NCBI GenBank assembly: GCA_043803205.1
Contig: JAZDKG010000044.1
Coordinates: 2,503 to 66,502, forward strand
DNA from: Planctomycetota bacterium
GTDB lineage: Bacteria > Planctomycetota > DG-23 > JAZDKG01
Length of the DNA stretch: 64,000 bases
Direction of reading: 5' to 3'
Shown in pieces: positions 34,804 to 44,274 of the stretch (position 1 is the first letter of the stretch; every line of letters starts with the position of its first letter). The position numbers and the translations under genes were made by a program. The notes under the pieces are model-generated. The model did no database searches. It was not told the origin of the DNA and saw nothing but the letters and a program-made list of their open reading frames with translations.

Positions 34804-36234
34804 TCAGCTCCTTTGCGCGGGCGCGGGGGGCGCCTCCTCGGAGGAAGGTTGCTCTTGCTGCGGGGGCAGGATGGCGGGGACGGCTTGGGGCCAGCGGCCC
34901 AGGATGAGGAGGGAGATTTCGGCAAGGGTCATCTCGCGGCGGCCCGCGGCGGTGGCGTGCTCGATGTGATAGTTGAGGAACGTGCGCTCCGCGTCCAAAA
35001 GATCCAGGAAGGATGAGATACCCGCGGTATATCCGGCTCGGGCGGATTCGAGCGACGCCTGCGCCTTCGGCAAGAGCTGGTCGCGGTACAGACGCACGCC
35101 TCGGTCGGCCTCGCGCCAGGAGAAGGTCATTTCGGCGAACTGGATGGCGAGATTGAGTTCCTCGGCGGAGAGCCGCGCGCGGGCGGAGTCGAGGTCGGAG
35201 CGTCCACGGGCGATCTCGGCGGCGATCTTGTCGCGCCAGATCGGAAGGGTGACGCCGACGGAGGGCATGAGCGGGACGGGAGTCCCCGTTGCGCCAAGGC
35301 CGAGGCCCAAGGAGAAGTCGGGGACGGCGGTCTTGCGGGCGAGCTGGTAGAGGGCGACAGCTTCGAGGACCTCGGCGCGCATCCTGTTGAGTTGGGGGTT
35401 GCGGGCGAATGCCGTCTCCAGGAGGGAGTCCTCGGTGAGATCGCCGGGCGCGGCCTCGAGGCGGACGATGAACGGAGGGAGGTCGTGAGCGGGCGCAAGC
35501 CCCAGGGCGGACCGGAGGCGCGCTTCGAGAGGCCGCTGCGAGTCCTCGAGGTTCGCGAGGCGATTGCGGATCTCGTCGCGCTCCATCTGTGCGCGGAGGA
35601 CGTCCTGCTGCGTGACGGCGCCGACGGAAAGACGCTCGCGGGCGAGCCTTTCCAGCTCGTCGAGGAGAGCGAGGATTTCGCGGGTGCGGCGGATCTCTTC
35701 CTCGAGGACCCACATCTGATAGTACGCCTGTTTCACGCGGAGCGCGGTCGCGAGGAGCTCGTTTTCGAAGCTGGCGCGTTTCGCGAGCGCCTGGGCGTAG
35801 GCGGCGTCGGCGCGCAGCGAGAGCTTCCCAGGCCCGGGCCACATGGCCCCCGGCGAGGTCATGAGAGAGGGGGTGAGGGAGGCGAGGCCGCGCATTACCT
35901 CGACGTTGAGGGAGAGCATGGGGTCCGGGAGGGAACGGGCGGTGGTGATGGTTTCGACGGCGGCCTGCCAGTCATAGAACGTGGCTTCGACGCTCGGATT
36001 GTTAAGAAGGGCGTATTCGATGAGGTCGCGGAGGCTGGAGTCGGCGGAGAGGGCGGGCAGGGCCGCTGGCGTGCGAGTCGGCGGACGATAGACGGCCCTA
36101 GCGGTCTCGAGATCCTTGCGCGCCGCCTTTTCCTCCCGCGTGGCGATGCCCGCGCATCCGACAAGGAAGAGCAGCGCAAGAAGTGAGAAGAGACAAAGAT
36201 CCCGTCGGCGCACCTCCGCTATCCTTTGCCGCAT
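34804..36234 (-). CDS. Outer-membrane efflux lipoprotein (TolC/NodT/CusC family)
   Basis: Start MRQRIAEV... with lipobox LFLVGCAG, behind GGAGG. Two OEP repeats of long helices. It ends 4 nt before the adaptor start. The track start at 36288 lacks an RBS. Confidence 0.8.
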   Translation of the reverse strand: MRQRIAEVRRRDLCLFSLLALLFLVGCAGIATREEKAARKDLETARAVYRPPTRTPAALPALSADSSLRDLIEYALLNNPSVEATFYDWQAAVETITTARSLPDPMLSLNVEVMRGLASLTPSLMTSPGAMWPGPGKLSLRADAAYAQALAKRASFENELLATALRVKQAYYQMWVLEEEIRRTREILALLDELERLARERLSVGAVTQQDVLRAQMERDEIRNRLANLEDSQRPLEARLRSALGLAPAHDLPPFIVRLEAAPGDLTEDSLLETAFARNPQLNRMRAEVLEAVALYQLARKTAVPDFSLGLGLGATGTPVPLMPSVGVTLPIWRDKIAAEIARGRSDLDSARARLSAEELNLAIQFAEMTFSWREADRGVRLYRDQLLPKAQASLESARAGYTAGISSFLDLLDAERTFLNYHIEHATAAGRREMTLAEISLLILGRWPQAVPAILPPQQEQPSSEEAPPAPAQRS

Positions 36235-36347
36235 GAGGAGCAGTCCTCCACATGGATAACGTCGGCCCATAGGAGAGGTCACGGTCATTGGGCGCGGACA
36301 TTGTCGCGCCGGTACGAGGAAATGGCAAGGGACGAAGACGCCGCGGA

Positions 36348-39300
36348 TCAGTCAGCAGCTTCGCGGAGGAGATCCCGCAGGGAGCGGTAGTCGGTCTTGC
36401 CGGTGGCGAGGGCGGGGATCGAGTCGAGGGAGATGACGCGGCGGACGTTATGGAGGGGGGAGAGACCCGCGGAACGGATGAGGCGGTTCACGGTTTCGCG
36501 GTCGGCGGGGCGCACACAGAAAAGGACGATCTCAGGATGCTCGGGAGAGAGAGTCGCTTCGACGGCGAACGAGGGACGATCGTCCGCAAGCGGCGGAAAG
36601 TGGGAGCTGAGGGCGGCTTCGATCGCGGGCAGCGACAGCATTTCGCCTCCCAGCTTGATGAACCTCTTCAAGCGACCGTGGAAGGTGAGCACTCCCTCCC
36701 GACTCTCGGAGATGAGGTCCGCCGTCCGGTACCAGAGCTTTCCTTCGAAAGAGAGGAAGGGCGGCTCGCCTTCGTGGTTCAGGTAGCCGGCGAAGACGCT
36801 GGGGCCGCGGACGAGAAGGACACCCGGTGTGCCAGGGGCGACTCGGTGCGGCGCGTTGGGATCAAGGACGGCGTACTCGAGGGACGGGAGGATCCTTCCG
36901 ATCGTGCCGGGGCTGGGGCGCTCCTCGTCGTTTACGGAGATGATGGGGGAGCATTCGGTAACACCAAACCCCTCAAGCACGGTGACGCGGGGAAGCCGTT
37001 CGGACAGAACACGGTAGAGGGCGTCAGGGCATTTCTCCGCGCCCGTAACGACGAGACGCAGCGAGTCGAGATCATCGGGGGTGCAGGCGCGCAGGATCCC
37101 GGCGAGGAAGGTGGGCGTGCCCATGAGGAGGGTGCCCCGGTAGAGGCGGATGAGGCGCGCGATCCGCGGGCCCTCGGTCGGGTTGGGATGGTAGAAGGCC
37201 GGGACGCCTAGACACAGCGGCAGGACCATCGTGACGGTGAGCCCAAAGGAATGGAACGGGGGGAGGATGCCGGCAAGGGAGTCGTCCTGGCGGATGGTGA
37301 TGACGGAGGTGACGTCGCGAAGGTTGGAGAGGATGTTCTCGTGGGACAGGGGGACGGCCTTGGGGAGCGTCTCGGAGCCGGAGGTGAAGAGGATCGCGGC
37401 CGTGTCGGGGACGGATGCGCGACGAAGCGCCTTCCAGGAGACCCGCGCGCGCACCGCGGCGGCCAGTTTCCTGGGGACCGAGAAGGAGCGCGCGAGGTCC
37501 TCAATGTGGACAAATCGACCTTCGAGCCCGGAGAGTTCATACCCTTGTGAGGAGAGCCGTGCCGTGAGCGCGCGCGCGGTCACGATCTTCTCGGCGCCCA
37601 CGAGGTCGAGGCATCGAACGATGCTCCCGGAGCCGACGGTCCAGTTTACGAGGACCGGCGTTTTCCCGGCGAAGAGGGAGGAGAGATAGACGAGGTCGGC
37701 GGCGACGCCCGCCGGCAACATGATCGCCAGACGTTTCCCGGCGAGCGGCCGCAGGGCCGGGGTCAGGAGCAGGATGGCCGTGATGAGGTCGCGGTAGGTC
37801 TTCGCGCCTGCGACTTGGTCGGCGATGGCGATCCTGGAAGGGAAGCGCTCCGCCTGTGCCAGGAAGACTTGGGTGATGGTGGCGCCGTTGGGGAGAGGCG
37901 CGATGCGGGCGGACGAAACCGGTCTGAACCATGCGGTGGGCACGCTCTTCAGGTCCTCGCGGGTGGAGGAGATGGCGCGCCCGGAGGCGGCGAGAAGTGC
38001 GTCGGCGACGGTCTGGAGCGTTTCGACGTCGCCGGGGAGGAAGCCGAACTCGGACTGGAGCCATGAGAGGAGCTCGACGCGGCTCAGGCTGTCAAGCCCG
38101 AGATCGCGAGCTAGGTGCATCTCCTCGCGGATGTCGTGTGCACCCGTGATGCGTTCAAGCTGCGAAAGGACTGCGGAGCGCGTCGCGTCGGGGACGGCCG
38201 ATAGGTCGGCGTCCCGCAGTCGCGGGATGGGCCCGGCGGGTTCAGACAGCACTCGCCGGCCGCCCCCCTCCCACAAGGAGTAGGGGACGTAGGTGTTGGG
38301 GAGCGCGTCGGCGTTGTAGAAGGCTTCCAGCCGACGGTTGAGCGTTTCCCGGTCGGCCGAGCGCGGAAGGTCGTCCGGCTCGACGAATTCGATGGTGACG
38401 TCCCGGCGCGGGGCGAAAAAGACGCCGCTGGCGAGAAGCGAGAGCGCTCCCCGCGTGAGCGCCCGTGCGACGTTCGGGGACGAGCCCGAGGCCCAGCTAA
38501 AGGAACTTCCCCACAGGCCCGAGGTGCGGACGAGGACGACGCGGGCACCGGCGGCGCGAGAGAGGACGGTGTGCGCCCCGGAGTTCCCGCGAAGGTCTTC
38601 AAAGCGGCTGCGGTAAGCGTGGCCGGCCGGGTAGAGGAGGAGATTCTCCCCGGCCTCTAGACCACGGATGCTCTCCTCGAGAACCGCCCTGATCCCCTCG
38701 CGCGCCGCGGGACCGTAGAGGGCGAGGTCGGGGATCGTGCGGACGCCGATGCGCCGGGCGAAGAAACGGATGACGGGTCTGTCGACCTGGTTCCGGTCGG
38801 CGATGACGCGCGGGGCAAAGTGCTTGTGGAGAACAGCGGCGAGGATCACGGGGTCGATCAGGGCCGGGTGGTTCGGGAGGAAGAGGATCCCCGAGTTCCC
38901 GTGTGCAAGCACCGCGTCAAGGCCCCGCACTTGTACCCGGTATCGAAGGAAAAGGAGGAGGCGCGCGAAGAGACGCAGCAGGTTGTTGAGCGGCTTCCTG
39001 TCGGCCGTCGATAGCAGGATGAGGAGAAGAAGTCCGACGACAAAGGCGAGGCCGCCCAGGAGGGCGAAGCCCGTGGTCGGGCGCAGCTTCAGCGTGACGC
39101 AGAGGAGATTGAAGATCGGCCCGGAGATGAGGATGCCGAGGAACACGGCGAAGTTGGAGGCGGCGATGACCGTGCCCTTGCGACCGGGCGGGGGGCGCAC
39201 TTGCACGAAGGCCTCGCACGGGATCATGAAGAGCCCCCCTGCGAAACCCATGGCAGGCAGCAGGAAAAAGGAGGCCACGAGCGCGATCCGTTCGGGAAGC

Positions 39301-40256
39301 AGGGGGAGGAGAAGCATGGAAACCATGACGGCTCCCATCGCTAGGGCGGCGGGGGGAAGGACGCGAAGCGGTCTTCCCCGGGCCGCGAGCCGTCCCGCCG
39401 TCAGTCCCCCAAGGGCCAGACCTATGAGCTGAGATACGACGAGTGTGCTCGTAAAAGCTTTGCCAAGGGAAAGCTGGACCATGGCGAAGAAGTTGATGAG
39501 GAGAATAACGAGGGACCCCGCGAACCAGATGAAGACGTTCGAGAGGACGACCCCGGCGAGGAGCCGGTCGGTGCGGATGCGCCAGAGCTCGACGAGGGTT
39601 TGAAAGGGGCCGAGGACAGGGAACGCCGCGCCCGGAGAGGCGGCCGGCCGCCGGGGGACGCCGAAGCTGGCGAGCGCTCCGAGGAGCGCCACGACGACGG
39701 CGACGGCCGCGACGAGTACCCGGCCGAGGGGAATGCCCGCGAGCGACGGCGAGTCGCGGTCAAGGGCGAACCCCGCGCACGCGATCCCCGCGAGGATCGC
39801 GCAGGTGACGGCGGCCTTGAGGTAGGCGTTCGCGGTGGGGACGTAGGAGGCCGGGTAGAGCTCGGGAATGGACCCGTTGAGCGAGGGACTGAAGAGCGAG
39901 GATTGCAGACCCATGAGCCCGAGCATGAGAAGGATGAGGGGCCAGTTCCCCGAGGTGATGCCGATGGCGCCTGCGATCATAGCCGCGAGTTCCAGAAACT
40001 TCGCGGCGATCACGATGCGACGTTTGGAAAAGCGGTCGGCCATCCAGCCGGCGTAGGCGGCGAAGGCGAGGTACGGAAGGGAGAAAATGACGATCGCGTG
40101 TCCCTGGACGCGAGGTCTGTCGGCGGCGACCGCCAGCAACATCACCGCCTGCTTGAAGAAATTGTCGTTAAAGACGCCGAGGGAGTAGCTCCCGGCCATG
40201 GCTAAAAAGTTGCGTCGCGCTCGGCGGACCTGGTCGTGGAGGGAGGGTTCGCTCAT
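36348..40256 (-). CDS. Four-domain fusion: LplT-like MFS lysophospholipid transporter - PlsC acyltransferase - carrier protein (PP-binding) - acyl-ACP synthetase (Aas-like)
   Basis: N-terminal 12-TM MFS domain. PlsC HX4D motif (FLPNHPALIDP). PP-binding motif LARDLGLDSLSRVEL (Ser codon at 38088-38090). AMP-binding motifs (ILFTSGSETLPKAV; YRTADL; GEMLS). Probable start MSEPSLHD at 40256. Confidence 0.8.
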   Translation of the reverse strand: MSEPSLHDQVRRARRNFLAMAGSYSLGVFNDNFFKQAVMLLAVAADRPRVQGHAIVIFSLPYLAFAAYAGWMADRFSKRRIVIAAKFLELAAMIAGAIGITSGNWPLILLMLGLMGLQSSLFSPSLNGSIPELYPASYVPTANAYLKAAVTCAILAGIACAGFALDRDSPSLAGIPLGRVLVAAVAVVVALLGALASFGVPRRPAASPGAAFPVLGPFQTLVELWRIRTDRLLAGVVLSNVFIWFAGSLVILLINFFAMVQLSLGKAFTSTLVVSQLIGLALGGLTAGRLAARGRPLRVLPPAALAMGAVMVSMLLLPLLPERIALVASFFLLPAMGFAGGLFMIPCEAFVQVRPPPGRKGTVIAASNFAVFLGILISGPIFNLLCVTLKLRPTTGFALLGGLAFVVGLLLLILLSTADRKPLNNLLRLFARLLLFLRYRVQVRGLDAVLAHGNSGILFLPNHPALIDPVILAAVLHKHFAPRVIADRNQVDRPVIRFFARRIGVRTIPDLALYGPAAREGIRAVLEESIRGLEAGENLLLYPAGHAYRSRFEDLRGNSGAHTVLSRAAGARVVLVRTSGLWGSSFSWASGSSPNVARALTRGALSLLASGVFFAPRRDVTIEFVEPDDLPRSADRETLNRRLEAFYNADALPNTYVPYSLWEGGGRRVLSEPAGPIPRLRDADLSAVPDATRSAVLSQLERITGAHDIREEMHLARDLGLDSLSRVELLSWLQSEFGFLPGDVETLQTVADALLAASGRAISSTREDLKSVPTAWFRPVSSARIAPLPNGATITQVFLAQAERFPSRIAIADQVAGAKTYRDLITAILLLTPALRPLAGKRLAIMLPAGVAADLVYLSSLFAGKTPVLVNWTVGSGSIVRCLDLVGAEKIVTARALTARLSSQGYELSGLEGRFVHIEDLARSFSVPRKLAAAVRARVSWKALRRASVPDTAAILFTSGSETLPKAVPLSHENILSNLRDVTSVITIRQDDSLAGILPPFHSFGLTVTMVLPLCLGVPAFYHPNPTEGPRIARLIRLYRGTLLMGTPTFLAGILRACTPDDLDSLRLVVTGAEKCPDALYRVLSERLPRVTVLEGFGVTECSPIISVNDEERPSPGTIGRILPSLEYAVLDPNAPHRVAPGTPGVLLVRGPSVFAGYLNHEGEPPFLSFEGKLWYRTADLISESREGVLTFHGRLKRFIKLGGEMLSLPAIEAALSSHFPPLADDRPSFAVEATLSPEHPEIVLFCVRPADRETVNRLIRSAGLSPLHNVRRVISLDSIPALATGKTDYRSLRDLLREAAD

Positions 40257-40357
40257 CGGGCTCGCAGTCCCGTCAGAGGACAGCTTCGATCGGCGGGAAT
40301 AAGAAGTGTACGCCCGACAGCGGAAATGCAAAGGGATATTGCCGCAGGCGGCGTCGC

Positions 40358-40386
40358 TTGCGGTTTCGTCGAAGCAGGCTTAGAAT
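40358..40386 (+). promoter_or_regulatory. Promoter candidate (TTGCGG-N17-TAGAAT) for the LAB_N/GT cluster
   Basis: Hexamers at 40358-40363 and 40381-40386, about 60 nt upstream of the ATG at 40448. Confidence 0.35.
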
Positions 40387-40447
40387 GTCGACGGCGCCCG
40401 ATTCCGGAAGACTCCTGCATCATTCGGAAACACAAGGGAATTCGTCA

Positions 40448-40750
40448 ATGATCGACAAGATGCTCGGCAACCCATGGCTGTACGCGCTGGGCTTCTCGGG
40501 GCAGCTCGTATTCATGACGCGCTTCATCGTGCAGTGGATCGCGTCGGAGAGAAGGAAGCGCAGCGTAATCCCGATTACGTTCTGGTACCTGAGCATAGGC
40601 GGAGCTGCGCTGCTCCTCGTTTACGCCGTCATGGATCGAGACCCGGTGTTCATCGTCAGCCAGTCGCTGGGAATCGTCGTCTACTTTCGCAACCTCGTCC
40701 TGCTCTGGCGGGAGGGGACAAAAGAGTGCGAAGCCGAGAGAGCCGCTTGA
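40448..40750 (+). CDS. Small membrane protein with lipid-A-biosynthesis N-terminal (LAB_N) domain
   Basis: 100 aa with 3 TM segments and the LAB_N-like core GFSGQLVFMTRFIVQWIASERRKRSVIPITFWYLSIGG. Confidence 0.7.
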   Translation: MIDKMLGNPWLYALGFSGQLVFMTRFIVQWIASERRKRSVIPITFWYLSIGGAALLLVYAVMDRDPVFIVSQSLGIVVYFRNLVLLWREGTKECEAERAA

Positions 40751-41784
40751 AGGGATGGTGTGCCGCTGTTGCGGCGGCGGGCGCGGCGGGATGGCTGGCG
40801 CTATGCGCCGCCGCGTTCGTCGTCGCCGAAGCCAAGGGCGGGACGCTCGCGTGCGCCGGGAATGCGACGGTCCACGAGTTCGCGGCGAGTGGAAACGGGG
40901 AGTGGGCGGTTGTCGTCCTCGGCGAGGTCGCCGGAGGCTTCCCGTATCTGCGCGAGGTGGTGGCGAGAGCCCGGCGCTGGTCGCCGGCGGCCTTCGTCCT
41001 CGTCGGCGACGCGGCGATCAAGGGGGATGCCCGGCATCTGGCGCTGGCGACGAGAGAGCTTGAGAGATGCGTCGCGGACGCCAGGGTCTTCGCGGTCCCG
41101 GGCAGCAGGGAGAGCCGGAGCAATTTGGAGGGCGCTCAGGCGTTCCTTGACGCCTTCGGCGCGCGGACCTTCGATTTCCGAATCGGCGGCACGCGCTTTC
41201 TGGGAGTGGACAATACGACGGGGACGCCCGAGGCAGATGCGCTCGCGATGCTTGAGGAGAAGCTCGCGGAGGCGGATGCGGTCGGCGATGAAGTGATCGT
41301 TTGCGCTTATAGGGACCCCGCGCTGACCGGACACGATGGCGGACACACGCTTGCGGCGATCCTGCGCGAGTACCGGGTGGAATACGTCTTTACGGGCGAG
41401 GGAGGCAAGTCTTCCCTTGAAACGCGTGACGGGACGACCTTCGTGGGGGCGCCTCCTTCCGGGCAGCGCACGGTTGAGACGGACCAGACGCCCATTTCGT
41501 TCCTCGTGCTGCGACACGCGGAAGGGAAAACGCATGTAGCGCTGGAGCGGTTCTACCGTAAGAACGTCACGGAGCTTGAGGGGGCGTTTCTTCATCTAGC
41601 GCTTGCGCACGTCCGGCCGTTGGCGCGGGCTAGACCGGTCCCCTTCGTTGTCGTCTTGGCGGGGTGCGCAACGTACCTTGTCGTGTGGCTCGCGCGAATG
41701 AGGCGAGGGCTCACCCCGAAGCCCGCCGGACCAAGCTTGCGTACAGGAGGGTCTCACTCTGAAGGGCGAAGCAGTGGAGGTTGA
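40726..41784 (+). CDS. Membrane-anchored metallophosphoesterase (calcineurin-like)
   Basis: GTG at 40726 behind GGGAGGGG (alternative TTG at 40747). N-terminal TM segment. VLVGDAA..., GSRES, FTGEG motifs resembling the GD/GDxxD/GN-H pattern. C-terminal TM segment. Confidence 0.55.
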   Translation: MRSRESRLKGWCAAVAAAGAAGWLALCAAAFVVAEAKGGTLACAGNATVHEFAASGNGEWAVVVLGEVAGGFPYLREVVARARRWSPAAFVLVGDAAIKGDARHLALATRELERCVADARVFAVPGSRESRSNLEGAQAFLDAFGARTFDFRIGGTRFLGVDNTTGTPEADALAMLEEKLAEADAVGDEVIVCAYRDPALTGHDGGHTLAAILREYRVEYVFTGEGGKSSLETRDGTTFVGAPPSGQRTVETDQTPISFLVLRHAEGKTHVALERFYRKNVTELEGAFLHLALAHVRPLARARPVPFVVVLAGCATYLVVWLARMRRGLTPKPAGPSLRTGGSHSEGRSSGG

Positions 41785-43471
41785 AGGGAAAGCGCGGACG
41801 AGCCCCGCGACCGCGGGGCTGGTGGCACTGGCGTTGCTCCCGGCGATCGTGGGAATCTTCGCGGGGATCGTCGGCCCCGAAGACCTGGATCAGAGCGCTC
41901 AGGACAAGCAGCTCCTCTATGTGCTGGACATCCGGGAGAGCGGGAACGTCGTGCTTCCTCTGGAGCAGGGGTGCAAGTCGCCGACGAAGCCGCCTCTGTA
42001 TCCGTGGGCGATGACCTTGCTTGGCATGTGCATGGGGGGGCCGACCGCGGCAGCCGGGAAAGTCACGGCGGGCCTGATGGGCATCGCGACGGCTTGGCTC
42101 CTCTTCCTCATGGCCGCGGAGCGCTGGGGCGGATGGGCCGGGGTGGGTGCCGCTTGGATGTTCACGGTGTCGCACATCACGATGGGGCTCCTCACGCACA
42201 TCCGCCCCGACATGGCGTTGGCGCTCTGTGTGACGGCCGCGTTCTTCGCGCTGCATCGGGAGGAGATCGAGCCGGGAAGGGGTTCGTCGGGGCTCTTCTG
42301 GGCGGGGGTGAGCCTCTCCGTGCTGGCGAAGTGGCCCGTGGGCGCGATCGTGGTGCTCGGGACCTGCGCGGTCCTTTTCGTATCACGGGAGTGGCGAAAG
42401 AGGGTGTGGCGGATCGCGGCGACGAGGTGGGTGCTTCTCCTTCTCCTTCCCGCTGGCTGGTTCGCCCTTGCGTGCGTCATGGGGGGAACTGAATATCTGA
42501 AGAACGCGGTCCTGCCGGAGACGGTGGAGCGGGCGCTCGCGGTGGGAAGCCGCGCGCAGAAGAAGGCGTGGTGGCCCGGATACCTCGCTCTCGGGTTCTT
42601 GATACAGTTCGCTCCGTGGTCCGTTTTCACAGTCGGGGCGGTGGTGGAGCTCGTGTGGCGACGGATCAACGCGCAGGCGCGCCGGCTCGCCGTGCTTCCC
42701 TGTGCGTGGTTCCTTACGGGCCTCGTTTTCCACAATCTCTTTCGAGGACAGAGGGCGGACTATCTTCTGCCCTTTCTCCCGGCGGCGGCGATGTGCGCGG
42801 CGTGGGTAATGAGGGAAGGAGCAAAAGGGGTGCGGGGAGTGTTGCTTGTGATGGTGGGGCTGGGCGCCGTTGGGGCGGCCTTCTTGGGCATAGCTGCTCT
42901 CGCGGGACTCGAGCGGGCCCTGCCGGGAGTCGGCCGCCTGTTCGGCGCGACGCGCTGGGGGTGGGGTGGCGCACTTGTCTTCGTGGGCGCCGCACTTGCC
43001 TGCGTGGCGGTGGCCGACCGCCGCACCGCCGGCGAATTGCTCCGGAGCCGCGCGTTCCGCGCGTTGACAGCCGGCTTTCTCGTCATCCACGTCTTCTATG
43101 GCTTGGCGCTCTCCCCCGTGGCGCGGACGGGAGGGACCGCCCGGACGCGCGCCTTCGCGGATGAGGTGAATGCCTTGAGGAGCGAGGGGGACGAGATCGT
43201 GTTCTACGGAGCCCTCAGCAAGGCGATACGATTCCTCGTGAGAGTGAACGAGCCTGCGCTGGCGCTTCATGAGATCCCGTGGCGACTGGAGGCCTGCCGA
43301 GACGGCGCCCGCTTCTTCGTCATCACGACGGGCGCGGGCGAGCGCGAGATCGCGGAAAGCCGAGCAGGAAGATTCCGCGAAGTCCTTCGGCGGCGGATGG
43401 ACGTGGGTGAGGAAGACGTTTACGTGTTGCTGGAGTTCGTCGGGGGGAGGGGCATGGAGGACGCGACGTGA
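41774..43471 (+). CDS. GT-C fold glycosyltransferase (ArnT / PMT_2 / GT39-GT83-like)
   Basis: Polytopic, with a periplasmic-loop motif (…SPTKPPLYPWAMTL…) typical of ArnT-like enzymes. The GTG start overlaps the previous gene by 11 nt. Confidence 0.7.
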   Translation: MEVEGKARTSPATAGLVALALLPAIVGIFAGIVGPEDLDQSAQDKQLLYVLDIRESGNVVLPLEQGCKSPTKPPLYPWAMTLLGMCMGGPTAAAGKVTAGLMGIATAWLLFLMAAERWGGWAGVGAAWMFTVSHITMGLLTHIRPDMALALCVTAAFFALHREEIEPGRGSSGLFWAGVSLSVLAKWPVGAIVVLGTCAVLFVSREWRKRVWRIAATRWVLLLLLPAGWFALACVMGGTEYLKNAVLPETVERALAVGSRAQKKAWWPGYLALGFLIQFAPWSVFTVGAVVELVWRRINAQARRLAVLPCAWFLTGLVFHNLFRGQRADYLLPFLPAAAMCAAWVMREGAKGVRGVLLVMVGLGAVGAAFLGIAALAGLERALPGVGRLFGATRWGWGGALVFVGAALACVAVADRRTAGELLRSRAFRALTAGFLVIHVFYGLALSPVARTGGTARTRAFADEVNALRSEGDEIVFYGALSKAIRFLVRVNEPALALHEIPWRLEACRDGARFFVITTGAGEREIAESRAGRFREVLRRRMDVGEEDVYVLLEFVGGRGMEDAT

Positions 43472-44253
43472 GCGGGCCGTGGGAGCGCAAAGACAGCCCC
43501 GGAACCTGCGCCTTGACGGGCCTGAGCGTCGTCGCTCCCGTGCGCAACGAGGAGGGCAACATCGAGCCCCTCGTCCAGGAGATCGTCGCGGCGCTCTCGA
43601 AAATCCCCGTCCCCGGAGAGATCCTCTTCGTCGACGACGGGAGCACGGATGGAACGGCGCAGAGACTCCGGGGTTGTATGGAGAAGTGTGAATGCCTGCG
43701 CGTGGTGACGCTGCCGGGAAACCGGGGGCAGTCGTGGGCGACGTGGGTTGGAGTCCGCCAGGCGCGCATGAGCCACGTGGCGACGCTGGACGGCGACATG
43801 CAGAACGATCCCGCCGACCTCGTGGAGATGGTCAAGCGCGTCGGGGAGTACGACGTCGTCATCGGGCGGCGTAGGACACGACAGGACTCATGGAGGCGCC
43901 GGGCGGCGAGCCGGCTCGCGAACACCGTGCAGAGAATCGTTCTCAGGGACGGCGTGCGGGACACCGGCTGCTCGGTCAGGGTCTTCCCGCGCGAGGTGTT
44001 CCTCGCGCTGCCGGCGTTCCGCGGCATGCACCGCTTCCTGCCGGCGCTATTCCTGTATCAGGGGATGAGGATGCTTGAGATGGAGGTGAACCATCGCCCC
44101 AGACGCAGCGGGCGGGCGAAATACGGAACCCTCTCGCGTGCGTGGACGGCGTTCACCGACCTTCTCGGAATGGTGTGGCTCACGAGAAGGACGATTTGTC
44201 TGCTTGACCGGCAAGGGAAGCCCACCAGGGGAGAAGTCATAAGGGAACCGTAA
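43468..44253 (+). CDS. GT2 polyprenyl-phosphate glycosyltransferase (ArnC/GtrB/DPM1-like)
   Basis: LSVVAPVRNEEGNI..., FVDDGSTDGT and LDGDMQNDP (DXD). C-terminal membrane helices. GTGA overlap with the upstream GT-C gene. Confidence 0.85.
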   Translation: MSGPWERKDSPGTCALTGLSVVAPVRNEEGNIEPLVQEIVAALSKIPVPGEILFVDDGSTDGTAQRLRGCMEKCECLRVVTLPGNRGQSWATWVGVRQARMSHVATLDGDMQNDPADLVEMVKRVGEYDVVIGRRRTRQDSWRRRAASRLANTVQRIVLRDGVRDTGCSVRVFPREVFLALPAFRGMHRFLPALFLYQGMRMLEMEVNHRPRRSGRAKYGTLSRAWTAFTDLLGMVWLTRRTICLLDRQGKPTRGEVIREP

Positions 44254-44274
44254 GGGACAGGAGGCCGACGGACA

